From the NCBI GenBank assembly GCA_964016885.1, contig OZ024740.1, positions 26,598,001 to 26,662,000 of the forward strand: DNA of 64,000 nt, read 5' to 3'. Position numbers and translations under genes: made by a program. The DNA is from Eledone cirrhosa. Lineage: Eukaryota. The notes under the pieces are model-generated. The model did no database searches. It was not told where the DNA came from and worked only from the letters and a program-made list of their open reading frames with translations. Numbering within the stretch: the first letter of the stretch is position 1; every line of letters starts with the position of its first letter. Positions 33,082-43,492 of this stretch are shown here, one piece after another.

Positions 33082-33690
33082 ATGGTGGCTGCCAACTCAT
33101 TTTCGAGTACGGCCACTACTTTATATCCATGTAGGAGAACCCCTACCGATGCGCTGAACGAGTGTGATTTTTTAGTCCAGCCAGCGACTTGAAAACTCTG
33201 GTACAAACACTACACTTGTGACAATTATTGACACATAGTGCTGGGCCCATGGTACCATGTGACGACAAGTGCAGAGAGATCTCCAGATATAAAGCAATGC
33301 CTGTGCCGTGAAGCTTTTATAGTGAGCAAAGGCACTGCACAAAGCCAGTCCCACTCTCTTAACCAAGATGATATTTACCAAAAAGAAGAACAAGTCAACA
33401 TCATTGCATACCATCAGAGTTGCAGGTGTTATATCAGAGTTTTCCTTCTCCTAGAATTCTGCCTTGACAAAGGCTAAGGGGTCATCTCTCCAGGTGATTT
33501 TGGATGGCCATTGACTCTTAAGAGCTCCTTTACCCTTTGACAGGTTTTGTTTTTAGTCCTGCAGGATGTCCAAAGTCACCCTCCTCACCAAGAATCCTTG
33601 GTGGGGTTGCCAATTTAGTCGCCAACGACCCGACCATGAGACAGGTTGTACTGGGATACATGTTACCAATAGCACCAACTGGTGACCTGA
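33082..33690 (-). mobile_element. Non-autonomous RTE-type element, longest copy (~610 bp)
   Basis: RTE-like 5' region, C2H2-finger-coding 3' part and 3' stem ctcgaaaatgag before a microsatellite tail; matches 8804-9250 and 34158-34560. Confidence 0.75.
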
Positions 33691-33713
33691 CACACACACA
33701 TATATATATATAT

Positions 33714-33809
<96 letters not shown>

Positions 33810-34157
33810 TATATTATATATTATGTATTATATGTGTGGGCATGTATGCGTGTCTTTCTGTGTGTATGTCACCATGAATAACTAACCTTTGGCAATAGTT
33901 CCTATTTATTTGGCCATTCCTACACCGTCTCAGAATCTCTCAGACTCTCCCAGCACCACTCTCATCTTTATCGTCACTCAAATGCCATCTAAATAGCACC
34001 ACCAAGATATGTGTATTTATAAAACTCCATTTTATATAGTTCCATATCTTTAATTATTATTGTCTACGTATGTATGTAAGTATGTATGTATGTATGTATG
34101 TATGTATGTATGTATGTATGTATGTATGTATGTATGTATGTATGTATGCATGCATGT

Positions 34158-34560
34158 AGAGATGGCCCCTTAGCCTTTGTCAAGGCAGAATTCTAGGAGA
34201 AGGAAAACTCTGATATAACACCTGCAACCCTGATGGTATCCAATGATGTTGATTTGTTCTTTTTGGTAAATATCATCTTGGTTAAGAGAGTGGGACTGGC
34301 TTTGTGTAGTGCCCTTGCTCACTATAAAAGCTTCACGGCACAGGCATTGCTTCATATCTGGAGATCTCTCTGCACTTGTCACATGGTACCATGGGCCCAG
34401 CACTATGTGTCAATAATTATCACAAGTGTAGTGTTTGTACCAGAGTTTTCATGTCGCAGGCTGGACTAAAACGTCACACTCGTTCAGCGCATCGGTAGGA
34501 GTTCTCCTACATGGATATAAAGTAGTGGCCATACTCGAAAACGAGTTGGCAGCCACCATG
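34158..34560 (+). mobile_element. Non-autonomous RTE-type element, 5'-truncated copy
   Basis: Homolog of 8845-9250, flanked by (TATG)n. Confidence 0.75.
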
Positions 34561-34566
34561 TATGTA

Positions 34567-34915
34567 TCAAGCAGGATGTTCGTAAGCAATGCCCTGGTGT
34601 ATCTCTCGAAACGATCGGTGTCTCCATTTGAATTGAAGTGCCCTGAGTGTGGAAAAGTTTGCTCGAGAAAATCTGGTCTCAGGTGCCATTGTCGCAGCCA
34701 TGTTGAAAGAGAACCAGTGAACTATGATCTCCACGGTGTTATGAGGGTTCTCGGGCAACCTGATGCAGGACCTCAAGCGAGGGAGATCCATAGTTGTCGT
34801 CAGTGTACGAAGGAGTGCAAGTCTCTAGCAGGCTTGGAAAGCCATATCCGAGCGTCACACATCTGAGTCTGACAAGCGATTGAAATATTCTTGGCAGAGT
34901 TTGCAACCATAAGGA
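34567..34915 (+). pseudogene. RTE-type LINE 3' end encoding two C2H2 zinc fingers
   Basis: CPECGKVCSRKSGLRCHCRSH and CRQCTKECKSLAGLESHIRASH* followed by a short UTR. Confidence 0.6.
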
Positions 34916-35069
34916 TGTATGGTGTAGGGAAGTATGCATATATTTATGTATGTATTATGAATATATATATACGTTTGTATATATGTATGTATGAATGTAT
35001 GAAAATATGTAATTATGTATGAATGATTGGATGCATCTATATATATATATATGTGTGTATGGTTGTACT

Positions 35070-35334
35070 TCAGCCGTACTGGTAATATGTAACCCAGTAC
35101 AAAATGTGCATGGTAGGGTCGACGGCGACTAAACCGGCAGCTCGACCAACCTTGGTTGGCGAGGAGGGTGATTTTTGACACCCTGCGGGATGACAAGCAA
35201 TACCCGTCAAAGCGCGGAGGAACTCGGGAGAGTCAACGGACATGTAATAAAATTGTTTTTTGTGGAGCGAGAGACTCCTGGTCTTCATTAAGACATCTTT
35301 CTAGGAGAAGGAAACTCTGATATAAAACCTGCGA
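35070..35334 (+). mobile_element. RTE-like 5'UTR/head related to the 5' part of the 33082-33690 element
   Basis: Shared tggtaa.atgta.cccagtacaa, ggcgactaaa..ggca, gaggagggtga.ttt.gaca.cctgc.gga and tctaggagaagg.aaactctgatataa.acctgc. Confidence 0.65.
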
Positions 35335-36480
35335 CCTCGGCGTTCTATAGAGGACTAGAGGAGGGGAAGAGTGACGACGTTCTCGGAGAGATCCTGGGAG
35401 TCGAAAAAGATGAGCTGTTTGCTCTCTTCCGGAGAAATTTCAGCCCAGGGCTTATGGATAACTTCCAAAAATCCCTGGCCTGGCAGTGCTACCGGGGTGC
35501 GCTGCCGGTTCGAGATAAGCTCTACAGGCACGGAATTGCCGTCAACCGAGCCTGTCCGAGATGGGCGCAGAGCAGAGCGACGAAACCGTCGTACACGCAC
35601 TCGTTCAGTGCCCGGGCATTGCTGACTTGTGGAGCTATGTCGAACAGTTGCTGTCGCGTGTAGGACTGATCCGGTTATCGACTAAGTCCATTGTGCAGCT
35701 GGTCTCGCCGTCTTCCTTCGCGGAGGAAGGGCAGGCGGTTTTCAGCTGCCTGGTGGCCATGGCGAAAGAGATTGTGTGGTGGACAAGGTTGAAAGGGGTA
35801 AAGAAAGACACGTTCCTCTTCGGCGAATCCCTAATTAACTTTTTCAAGGTTCACTTGAAGATGAAAATCAGGGTGGAGAGTCAAATGCCTCCTTCTAGCA
35901 ACTTTGTTGAAAGGTGGATAAATATATCGAGAATGGTCCGAGTGAACGGGACCGCTGTGAATATACGTCTGTAGTTTGAGAAATGGAAAAATTGAGAGAG
36001 GGCGCTTGCCCTGGTTGTCAGGGTGTCCGTGGTCTTTTGTGTGGTTTTTCGCCACGAGTAACGCTCGGAGTTTTCCCCCTATTGGGGAATTTTTCATTGT
36101 TTCAATATTCATTTTTATTGTTTATATATATATATATTTCTATGTCTTTTTTTTCTTCTCATATATAAATAATTGTTTCTACTTTAGGCACAAGGCCAGC
36201 AAATTATCCAGTGCATTACTGGTACTTTATTTTATCGACCCCGTAATGATGAAAGGCAAAGTCAACCTCGGAGGGATTTGAACTCAGATCGTAAAGGGAC
36301 GTAACTATGCTGGAAAGCATGGTGTCTGACTCTCTACCGATACTGCCAATCCACCGCCTTTTCTTATATAAATAATAAAAAATATTTATACGCACAAAAC
36401 CCACATCGTACCGTTCTGTACCGTCCTGTGCCGTCTGTAATGTTTTTCTTGATGTCAGCCCTTGTGGCCAATAAAGAAAT
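35335..36480 (+). mobile_element. 5'-truncated Tx1/L1-type element (diverged subfamily), interrupted by a SINE
   Basis: MDNFQKSLAWQCYRGALPVRDKL...DETVVHALVQCP homologous to the ORF2 C-terminus at 42570-43201; ends aataaagaaatc-(ATT)n. Confidence 0.85.
36168..36358 (-). mobile_element. tRNA-derived SINE (family A) inserted in the Tx1 3'UTR
   Basis: Reverse-complement homolog of 51772-51962; flanks ttctcatatataaataat / ttcttatataaataat resemble a target-site duplication. Confidence 0.8.
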
Positions 36481-36504
36481 CATTATTATTATTATTATTA
36501 TTAT

Positions 36505-36998
36505 TGTTCTTTGAGTCTCAGTCATTGATGATAGTTAACTGGAAAGTTTGTTGAAATGAATATCAAGCCACTACCTGCAGCCTCAGATATTCAGGACGTA
36601 TCGGAGGGTTCTTGCTGTTCCCAGCAAGCATGCCTTTTGAAGCGTTCCAAAAAGCGGGGCGGGGACAATTTTCTTTAACCATCGATGGAAACTTTTTGAG
36701 ATAGTACCTAGTGCGCCTATGACAATCGGGATCACTTTGACTTCATGGCAGTTCCAAATCCTTTTTACCTCCCACTTTAAGTCCTGGTATCGACTAATTT
36801 TCTCCCTCTCCTTCTCTTGCATTCTCGTGTCGAATGGGCAGGCCACATCCACAATCAGGCACGATCTTTTTTCCTTGTCCAAAACCACCAGGTCAGGTCT
36901 ATTGTGTTCCAGTTTCTTGTCCATCTGTATACTAAAATCCCACAGCACCTTCACCTGATCTTTATCTATCACCGACTCTGGCTTATGCCCAAACCACT
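36505..36998 (-). mobile_element. R4/Dong-type non-LTR element, 3' fragment (RLE domain ORF 36583-36972)
   Basis: VLWDFSIQMDKKLEHNRPDLVV...DVACPFD...EKISRYQDL...PIVIGALG; (TAA)n on both sides. Confidence 0.9.
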
Positions 36999-37032
36999 CA
37001 TTATTATTATTATTATTATTGTTATTGTTATT

Positions 37033-37526
37033 CCTTGAATCTCAGTCATTGATGTTGGTTAACTGGAAAGTCCGTTGGATTGAATATCAAGCCACTACCT
37101 GCAGCCTCAGATATTCAGGACGTATCGGAGGGTTCTTGCTGTTCCAAGCAAGCATGCCTTTTGAAGCGTTCCAAAAAGCGTGAAGGGGCCGATTTTCTTT
37201 AACCATCCCTGGAAACCGTTGGAGATAGTCCCCAGTGCGCCTATGACAATCGGGATCACTTTGACTTCATGGCAGTTCCAAATCCTTTTCACCTCCCACT
37301 TTAGGTCCTGGTATCGGTTAATTTTCTCCCTCTCCTTCTCTTGCACTCTCGTGTCGAACGGGCAGGCCACATCCACAATCAGACACGATCTTTTTTCTTT
37401 GTCCACAACCACCAGGTCAGGTCTATTGTGTTCCAGTTTTTTGTCCGTCTGTATCCTAAAATCCCACAGCACCTTCACCTGATTGTTCTCCATCACCGCC
37501 TCTGGCCTATGCTCATACCATTTCTC
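37033..37526 (-). mobile_element. R4/Dong-type 3' fragment, second tandem copy (ORF 37107-37496)
   Basis: Same RLE domain and 3'UTR as 36505-36998; bounded by (TAA)n. Confidence 0.9.
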
Positions 37527-37527
37527 A

Positions 37528-37558
<31 letters not shown>

Positions 37559-37767
37559 GGCGACCTACGTAGGAAATCGTATTATCGTGAGCTCCGCAAA
37601 GGTTTGTTATTTCCGTTTGTTTAAAAATTGCCATTTATGGAAAATTTTATTGTAAACTGTTTATAAGCACACATACATTGTTTTCCGAAAAGGACACCCA
37701 AAAAGATTGGGGCCTTGTGCCCAAAATTTTAACTTTTATTATTATCCAAAAATTTCTTTGAAAAAAA

Positions 37768-39747
37768 ATGGCTAATTCCCCTCTGCACGAAGCAGCTGAA
37801 AGCCTTCCTCACAAAATAACACCTCACACCGACATCACCATTGTAAATGTTACTACGTTTGCCAACACAAAAAAAAATATAAGCAGTAGCAATATTTTAA
37901 ATTTGTCTCAGGCAGACATTCATTTCCCGCCATTACCAATGACTGCAGGTGTTAAACCCTCCACCACCACCACCACCGCGACAACCACCACCACCACCAC
38001 CACCGCGACAACAGAAACAAAAGAAGAAAAAAATAACTGGTGACGTCGAAATGAAATCAAGCAAAATGGACTCTTCCCCACCAAAGACGACTGACGTCAC
38101 CACCACCACAACTGAAAATAAAATTAATATTAACGATAGCAACAACAACAACAATGACATTATAAAACCGACCCTCAGTTTCGCCATCGTAGCAAAACAA
38201 TTCGAAGCGTTCACGGTAACTCAAGAAGATTTAGAAAATGCCAAACAAATGGTAAAGAAAGATGGGTACAGGGTCAGCCTCACCCCCCTACCTAATAAAA
38301 TGGAGCATCGGCGCCTGTGCACCGTGTCGTATAGAACAATAAATGTAAAATCGCGCCGAGTGGAACGGGCATCCGAGTCCCAAATCCAAAAAGCTTTGGG
38401 ACATGTGTGGGCAAGAAAAACCCACATCAGACGTGGGCAAAAGTATGGAACCGTGGATGTGTTCTATGAAACACCAGAGGAGGCTAGAGAACACTCCATG
38501 GCCCCATTAAAAAGTGACGACCTCACTCTCGTCCCAAGCTATTGTGGCCAGAGACTCGTAAAGATCAGGGTGACCCACGTTCCACCGGCCATCGAAATTC
38601 CCTGGCTAATAGCGGCTGTCCTCGCCGGCATCGAAGCCAACACGAAAATAATAGCAGTAGCAAAAGAAAAGCAGGAAAACTGGTCCGGATCTGGGATGGA
38701 GCTCCTGATCCAAGCGGACCAAAAAAGCATTGAGGAGATCCCATAGGTAATAGACCTCACTGACGGCAGCCACCTCACGGTAATTGTCGAGGGCAGAAGA
38801 CCTAGGTGTGTCGTTTGTGGTGAAGGAACCCACCTAAGGGCTTTCTGCCCTCAGGCTAAAAGGTTGAGGCCACCTCTCCTACCCACCCCAGTGACACAAC
38901 CATCAACACCACCAGTAGCAGAGATGACAGCAACAACTGTAGCAGCAACAACAGAAGCAACTATAACAGCAACAACCCCAGCAACAGTAGCAAAACCAAC
39001 ACCACTACCACCACCAGCAAAGCCAACACCACCACCACCCAACGCTTCAGAACTAGCACCAGCGCCTACACCATCCACCACACCACAACCAAAACTAACG
39101 GCTGTGGAGGATTTTCCACTCCCCGGCCTATCACAACTGGAGACAGATTGTGACGACGAGGAGTGGGAAAGGATATCCGGAAAAAAAAAAGAAACCAAAA
39201 AAGAAAAAATTCTCTTCCTTCCCCCTCCAAAAACAAAATACAGGGGGAAACAAATAAACTAAGAAACAAAAAAGTTAGGACAGATATGCCACCATCCACA
39301 CCAGCATCACCAACCCCATCAACCCAAACACCAACACCATCACCATCATTATCCCCAGCACCACCATCACCTACACCACAAAAGTCACCAAAATGCGAAA
39401 CAGAAACAAACCCACAACAAACGCAAACAAAACAAAACAACCGAAACGATACACACTACACAGCATTAAATTTGAACAACAAGCAATTATTACACTACAT
39501 CCAACACAACACCAGCATCACAGAAAAAGACTACACAACAACCCCAAAATTCACACCACCTCCACACATACAAATCACTCGCATCACACAGAAAACGTAC
39601 ATGACACTAAAACAAAAATTCCCCAAAGACATCGGAGACTTCCGACAAGCACTCTCCAGGAGGATTTATAAGGACATCCTTCCTGAGGAGGCCACAAGCA
39701 GTGAAAAGGATGGAAAAGCCGTCCTTCCCCTACGAGAAGTAAGGTAA
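37768..39747 (+). pseudogene. Tx1-type ORF1 (gag-like, CCHC knuckle, T/P-rich), disrupted
   Basis: Pieces 37768-38043, 37949-39262 and 39163-39747 join by frameshifts at A-runs (~38030, ~39185); TAG at 38744-38746 is GAG in copy 2; knuckle CVVCGEGTHLRAFCP. Confidence 0.8.
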
Positions 39748-39781
39748 GTGGTCTTTCCCATCTTTTCCACTCCTTTTCAAC

Positions 39782-42700
39782 ATGACCTCACTCAGAAACG
39801 GCAGCATAAATGCGCGTGGCTTGGGGTCGTCATGGAAGCAGGGCCACCTGCTCAACGACCTCAGGTCACTAAACATAGATGTAGTGGCCATCAGCGAGAC
39901 CAGAATCTCCGAAGCACAGGCTTTCGCACCGATCTTCGGCGTCTACGATGTGTACGCATCTCCCAGCCGTCCTGGATCGGGGGGAGGAGTTGCTGTGCTT
40001 TTTCGGAGAGGTTTGGATCTTGCCATACGGGCCATCTTCCTGGACCCAGAAGGTAAGTTGGTGGTGCTGGACGTGACCAGCGAAGACGGGAAAGCTTTCA
40101 GGTTAGTGGCCGTCTATGCCCCGACAGGAGCAGGGCGGCCTGATTTCTTCCGGCGTCTGGAGACCTTTCTTGGAACGTCCCGCTCTTTAGTGTTAGTGGG
40201 CGACTGGAACGGGATCTTAGATGCACGCTGGGATTGTGTGGGATTAGTGGATAGGGAAGGAGGGTGCAAGAGTCTCACCAACCTGCTCAGACGTTTTGAA
40301 CTGTCTGACAGGTACCGAATGGATTTCCCGAATGTACCAATGTGGACTTGGACAAATCGCATTGGGTCATCCAGATCATATCTAGATAGAGTATTTTGTA
40401 GGGAAATAGATAGGTCTAGCATAGGCTGTCCACAATTCAAGATAGTCAGCTACACGGACCACAAATTCGTGACCTGTGTGCTTGACTTAGATAGGCTTCA
40501 TAGACGAGGACCCGGCTACTGGAAGTTAAACGCGTCCTTACCAGCGCGCAAGGCCTACAGAGACCGGATTAGCGAACTAGTTAAGCGGGCGTTGACGGGG
40601 GCCATCGTCAACAACAAGTGGTGGTTTGCTCTGAAAAGAGCAATTAGAATAGAGTCCATTAGGTTTAGTAAGACTTTAGCAATAGAGAAAAATAGAGCAG
40701 AGGGAGAATTAGTTAGAAAATTAGATGAGGCGCTTAGCAAAGGCATCGCGATCGATGTACTTGCGGCGAAATTGGCCCTTGACCAATTCTTCAATGCAAA
40801 GCACGAAGGCTGCGTTGTCAGAGCTAGGGTGCGTGCTCTCAGACACGAGGGGACGAAAGCCGTTCAATGGGCCCGAGTGGCGGAGGCGCGTCGTGGCAAC
40901 AAAGCCACGATCCGGTCTTTGGTGGACCACGACGGGCGCATGCTACTCGATCCCGGGCAAATGTGTGAAGCTTTTCAGCGACACTTCGCTCAACTGTTCG
41001 GGGGCAGTGGCGGGCCGGATCGAGGGAAGGACTTTAGTGTCTACCTCGACGGACTGCCGCGGCTTTCGGCCACTGAGGCGGAGTGTTGCGAAAAGCCGAT
41101 AACAACCGCTGAAGTACGGGATGCAATGACTAGTTGCACAAGGGGTAAATCGCCTGGTTTGGATGGTCTGCCCTATGAACTTTACGTACAAATGCCAAAC
41201 TTGTTCGGAGGCCTCTTGGCGGACGTCTACTGCAACTGGCAACAGAACGGGAGAATTCCCAGCTCTGTGAGCCGAGGAGCGGTGGCCCTGCTGAGAAAGG
41301 ATCCGAACAAGGGGGATAACATAGATAATTTTAGGCCCATAACTCTGCTAAACACAGAGTTCAAGATTTTGGCCAAGGTGCTAGCAAAGAGGTTGGCGCT
41401 TGTCGTTGGTGGTCTGGTGGGAGAGGCACAGACATGCGCCATTCCCGACAGATCCATCCACGACAACCTCCACCTCATGCGATACATCGTAGAGAGGGAA
41501 GCTAGGGAATCTGGCACGGGTGGGTCTTTGATCAATATAGATCAGTCGAAAGCCTTCGATAGGGTCGACCATCGTTACCTAACGGCAGTCCTGAGGGCGG
41601 CTGGCTTTGGGCCCGTCTTCAGAGGCTGGATCGCTGCCACGCACAGCGACATCTGCTCTGTAGTGAGAGTGAACGGTCACCTTTCGGAACCGTTCAACAT
41701 CATGCGCTCGGTCCGCCAAGGATGTCCCCTCTCGTCCCTATTGTACGTATTGACTCTCGAGCCATTACTGCACAAACTGGAGACGTTGAGGGGGGTTCCG
41801 CGCGAACTAGGATGCGGAAGATCCGTGTCAGCATATGCCGACGATGTCACCGTAGTGGTGTCGAACGCCAAACACATCGAGGCGATCGGCACTACACTAA
41901 GAGAATACGAAGCGGTGACAGGAGCAATGATCAACCAGGAAAAGTCAGTGGGCCTGCAGCTCGGCACCTGGAGAGGCAGGTCCATGCCGTCCAACAGCGT
42001 CGTTGGGCGCTGGACGGACGGACCGGTTAAATTGCTAGGGGTCTGGTTCGGTCCAGACCTCCAGACGGACAAAAACTGGGACGAGGTGACGAGCAGGGTG
42101 GCTTCTCTCACCCAGAAATGGGCGGAGAGGAAGCTATCCCTGAAAGGTCGAGCGGAGGTGGCGAATGCGTACATCGCATCCGTCATCTACTACCGCCTGA
42201 CCGTCGTACCTTGTCCTAAGCCCCGCCTGACTGCGCTGGAGCGTTTGCTCTTTCGCTTCTTGTGGAAGGGACGCGCTCCGATGGTAAGGCGGTCCATCTG
42301 CTGTCAACACCCGCTACGTGGAGGGCTGGGCATGCCTTGGTTGATGATGCGCAGACACGCGCTCAGGCTACGACATCTCCACCTCTTCCTCGACGGTGAT
42401 CAGGTGTGGTCGCCGTTTGCAAGACACGTTTTTCCCCAGCTCGTCTCCTTGACGGAGCTGCAGTCCTGGGTCAAGCGAAGACCGAGAGGGAGCGCTTGGA
42501 GACTGGAATGTCTTCAGGCGCTCACAGCCCTCGACCAATCGGGCAATGTGATCGGTGGAAACTCCACCTTGGCGTTCTATAGGGGATTAGTGGAGGGGAT
42601 GAGCGACGACGTACTTGGAGAAACTCTAGGCGTCGACGAAAATCAACTAGCCAATCTCTTCGGAATGACTTTCGGGCCGGGGCCTATGGACAACTTCCAG

Positions 42701-43201
42701 AAATCCCTGGCCTGGCAGTGCTACCGAGGAGCTTTGCCAGTTCGGGATAAACTCTACAGGCATGGAGGTGCCGTCAGCCGGGCATGTCCGAGATGCGCGC
42801 AGGGCGACGAAACCGTCCTGCACGCACTCGTCCAGTGTCCGAGCATTGCTGACTTGTGGGTTTATGTCGAACACCTGCTGTCACGTGTAGGACGGATCCA
42901 GCTATCAGCTGAATCCATCGTGAGGATTGCCCCGCCCCCTTCCTTTAGCCTGGAAGGGCAGGCAGTTTTTATCTGTCTGGTGGCCATGGCGAAAGAGATA
43001 GTATGGTGGACACGTTTGAAAGGGCTGAAGACGAGCACTTACCTCTTCGGTGATGCCCTGATTAACTTTTTCAAATTTCATTTGAAAAGGAAAATCAGGG
43101 TAGAGAGGGAAGTGCTCTCTTCCCAGCATTTTGTTGAAAGATGGGTGAGAGAAGCAAGTATGGCCCGAATGAATGGGCCTTCTCTGAGTATGTGTCTGTA
43201 A
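39782..43201 (+). CDS. LINE ORF2 polyprotein: APE endonuclease, reverse transcriptase and C-terminal Cys-rich domain (Tx1/L1 clade)
   Basis: Intact 1139 aa: SINARG, SET, VYAP, GDWN, YLDR, TDH (APE); GYWKLN; SPGLDGLPYE, FRPITLLN, DQSKAFDRV, VRQGCPLS, YADD (RT); CPRC...ETVLHALVQC. Confidence 0.95.
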   Translation: MTSLRNGSINARGLGSSWKQGHLLNDLRSLNIDVVAISETRISEAQAFAPIFGVYDVYASPSRPGSGGGVAVLFRRGLDLAIRAIFLDPEGKLVVLDVTSEDGKAFRLVAVYAPTGAGRPDFFRRLETFLGTSRSLVLVGDWNGILDARWDCVGLVDREGGCKSLTNLLRRFELSDRYRMDFPNVPMWTWTNRIGSSRSYLDRVFCREIDRSSIGCPQFKIVSYTDHKFVTCVLDLDRLHRRGPGYWKLNASLPARKAYRDRISELVKRALTGAIVNNKWWFALKRAIRIESIRFSKTLAIEKNRAEGELVRKLDEALSKGIAIDVLAAKLALDQFFNAKHEGCVVRARVRALRHEGTKAVQWARVAEARRGNKATIRSLVDHDGRMLLDPGQMCEAFQRHFAQLFGGSGGPDRGKDFSVYLDGLPRLSATEAECCEKPITTAEVRDAMTSCTRGKSPGLDGLPYELYVQMPNLFGGLLADVYCNWQQNGRIPSSVSRGAVALLRKDPNKGDNIDNFRPITLLNTEFKILAKVLAKRLALVVGGLVGEAQTCAIPDRSIHDNLHLMRYIVEREARESGTGGSLINIDQSKAFDRVDHRYLTAVLRAAGFGPVFRGWIAATHSDICSVVRVNGHLSEPFNIMRSVRQGCPLSSLLYVLTLEPLLHKLETLRGVPRELGCGRSVSAYADDVTVVVSNAKHIEAIGTTLREYEAVTGAMINQEKSVGLQLGTWRGRSMPSNSVVGRWTDGPVKLLGVWFGPDLQTDKNWDEVTSRVASLTQKWAERKLSLKGRAEVANAYIASVIYYRLTVVPCPKPRLTALERLLFRFLWKGRAPMVRRSICCQHPLRGGLGMPWLMMRRHALRLRHLHLFLDGDQVWSPFARHVFPQLVSLTELQSWVKRRPRGSAWRLECLQALTALDQSGNVIGGNSTLAFYRGLVEGMSDDVLGETLGVDENQLANLFGMTFGPGPMDNFQKSLAWQCYRGALPVRDKLYRHGGAVSRACPRCAQGDETVLHALVQCPSIADLWVYVEHLLSRVGRIQLSAESIVRIAPPPSFSLEGQAVFICLVAMAKEIVWWTRLKGLKTSTYLFGDALINFFKFHLKRKIRVEREVLSSQHFVERWVREASMARMNGPSLSMCL

Positions 43202-43443
43202 ATTAAAGGTGGAAAACTGGGAGAGGGCACTTGCCCTGGTGGTCAGGGCCACTGTGGTCTTTTAATGGGCTTTCTCCACAAATGTCCCTTGGAAGTCTCC
43301 CCCCTATTGGGGAATTTTTCTTTGTTATTTTATTTCAACCTCTGTTTTTTTACACGCAGAAATGCCCATTTGTACCGTCCTGTATTGTCCTGTACTGTCC
43401 TTAATGTCTACTTTATGTGAACCCTTGTGGTTAATAAAGAAAA

Positions 43444-43492
<49 letters not shown>

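Larger units (their letters stand above)
37559..43444 (+). mobile_element. Full-length Tx1/L1-type LINE (~5.9 kb) inserted in (ATT)n
   Basis: Starts ggcgacctacgtag right after (ATT)n; ORF1 + ORF2; AATAAA then an (ATT)n tail; the same 5' end recurs at 43493. Confidence 0.92.

Noticed and set aside
34435-34866. C2H2 zinc-finger host gene
   Set aside because: The ORF spans two retroelement 3' ends; the fingers match RTE-type C-termini and lack TGEKP linkers
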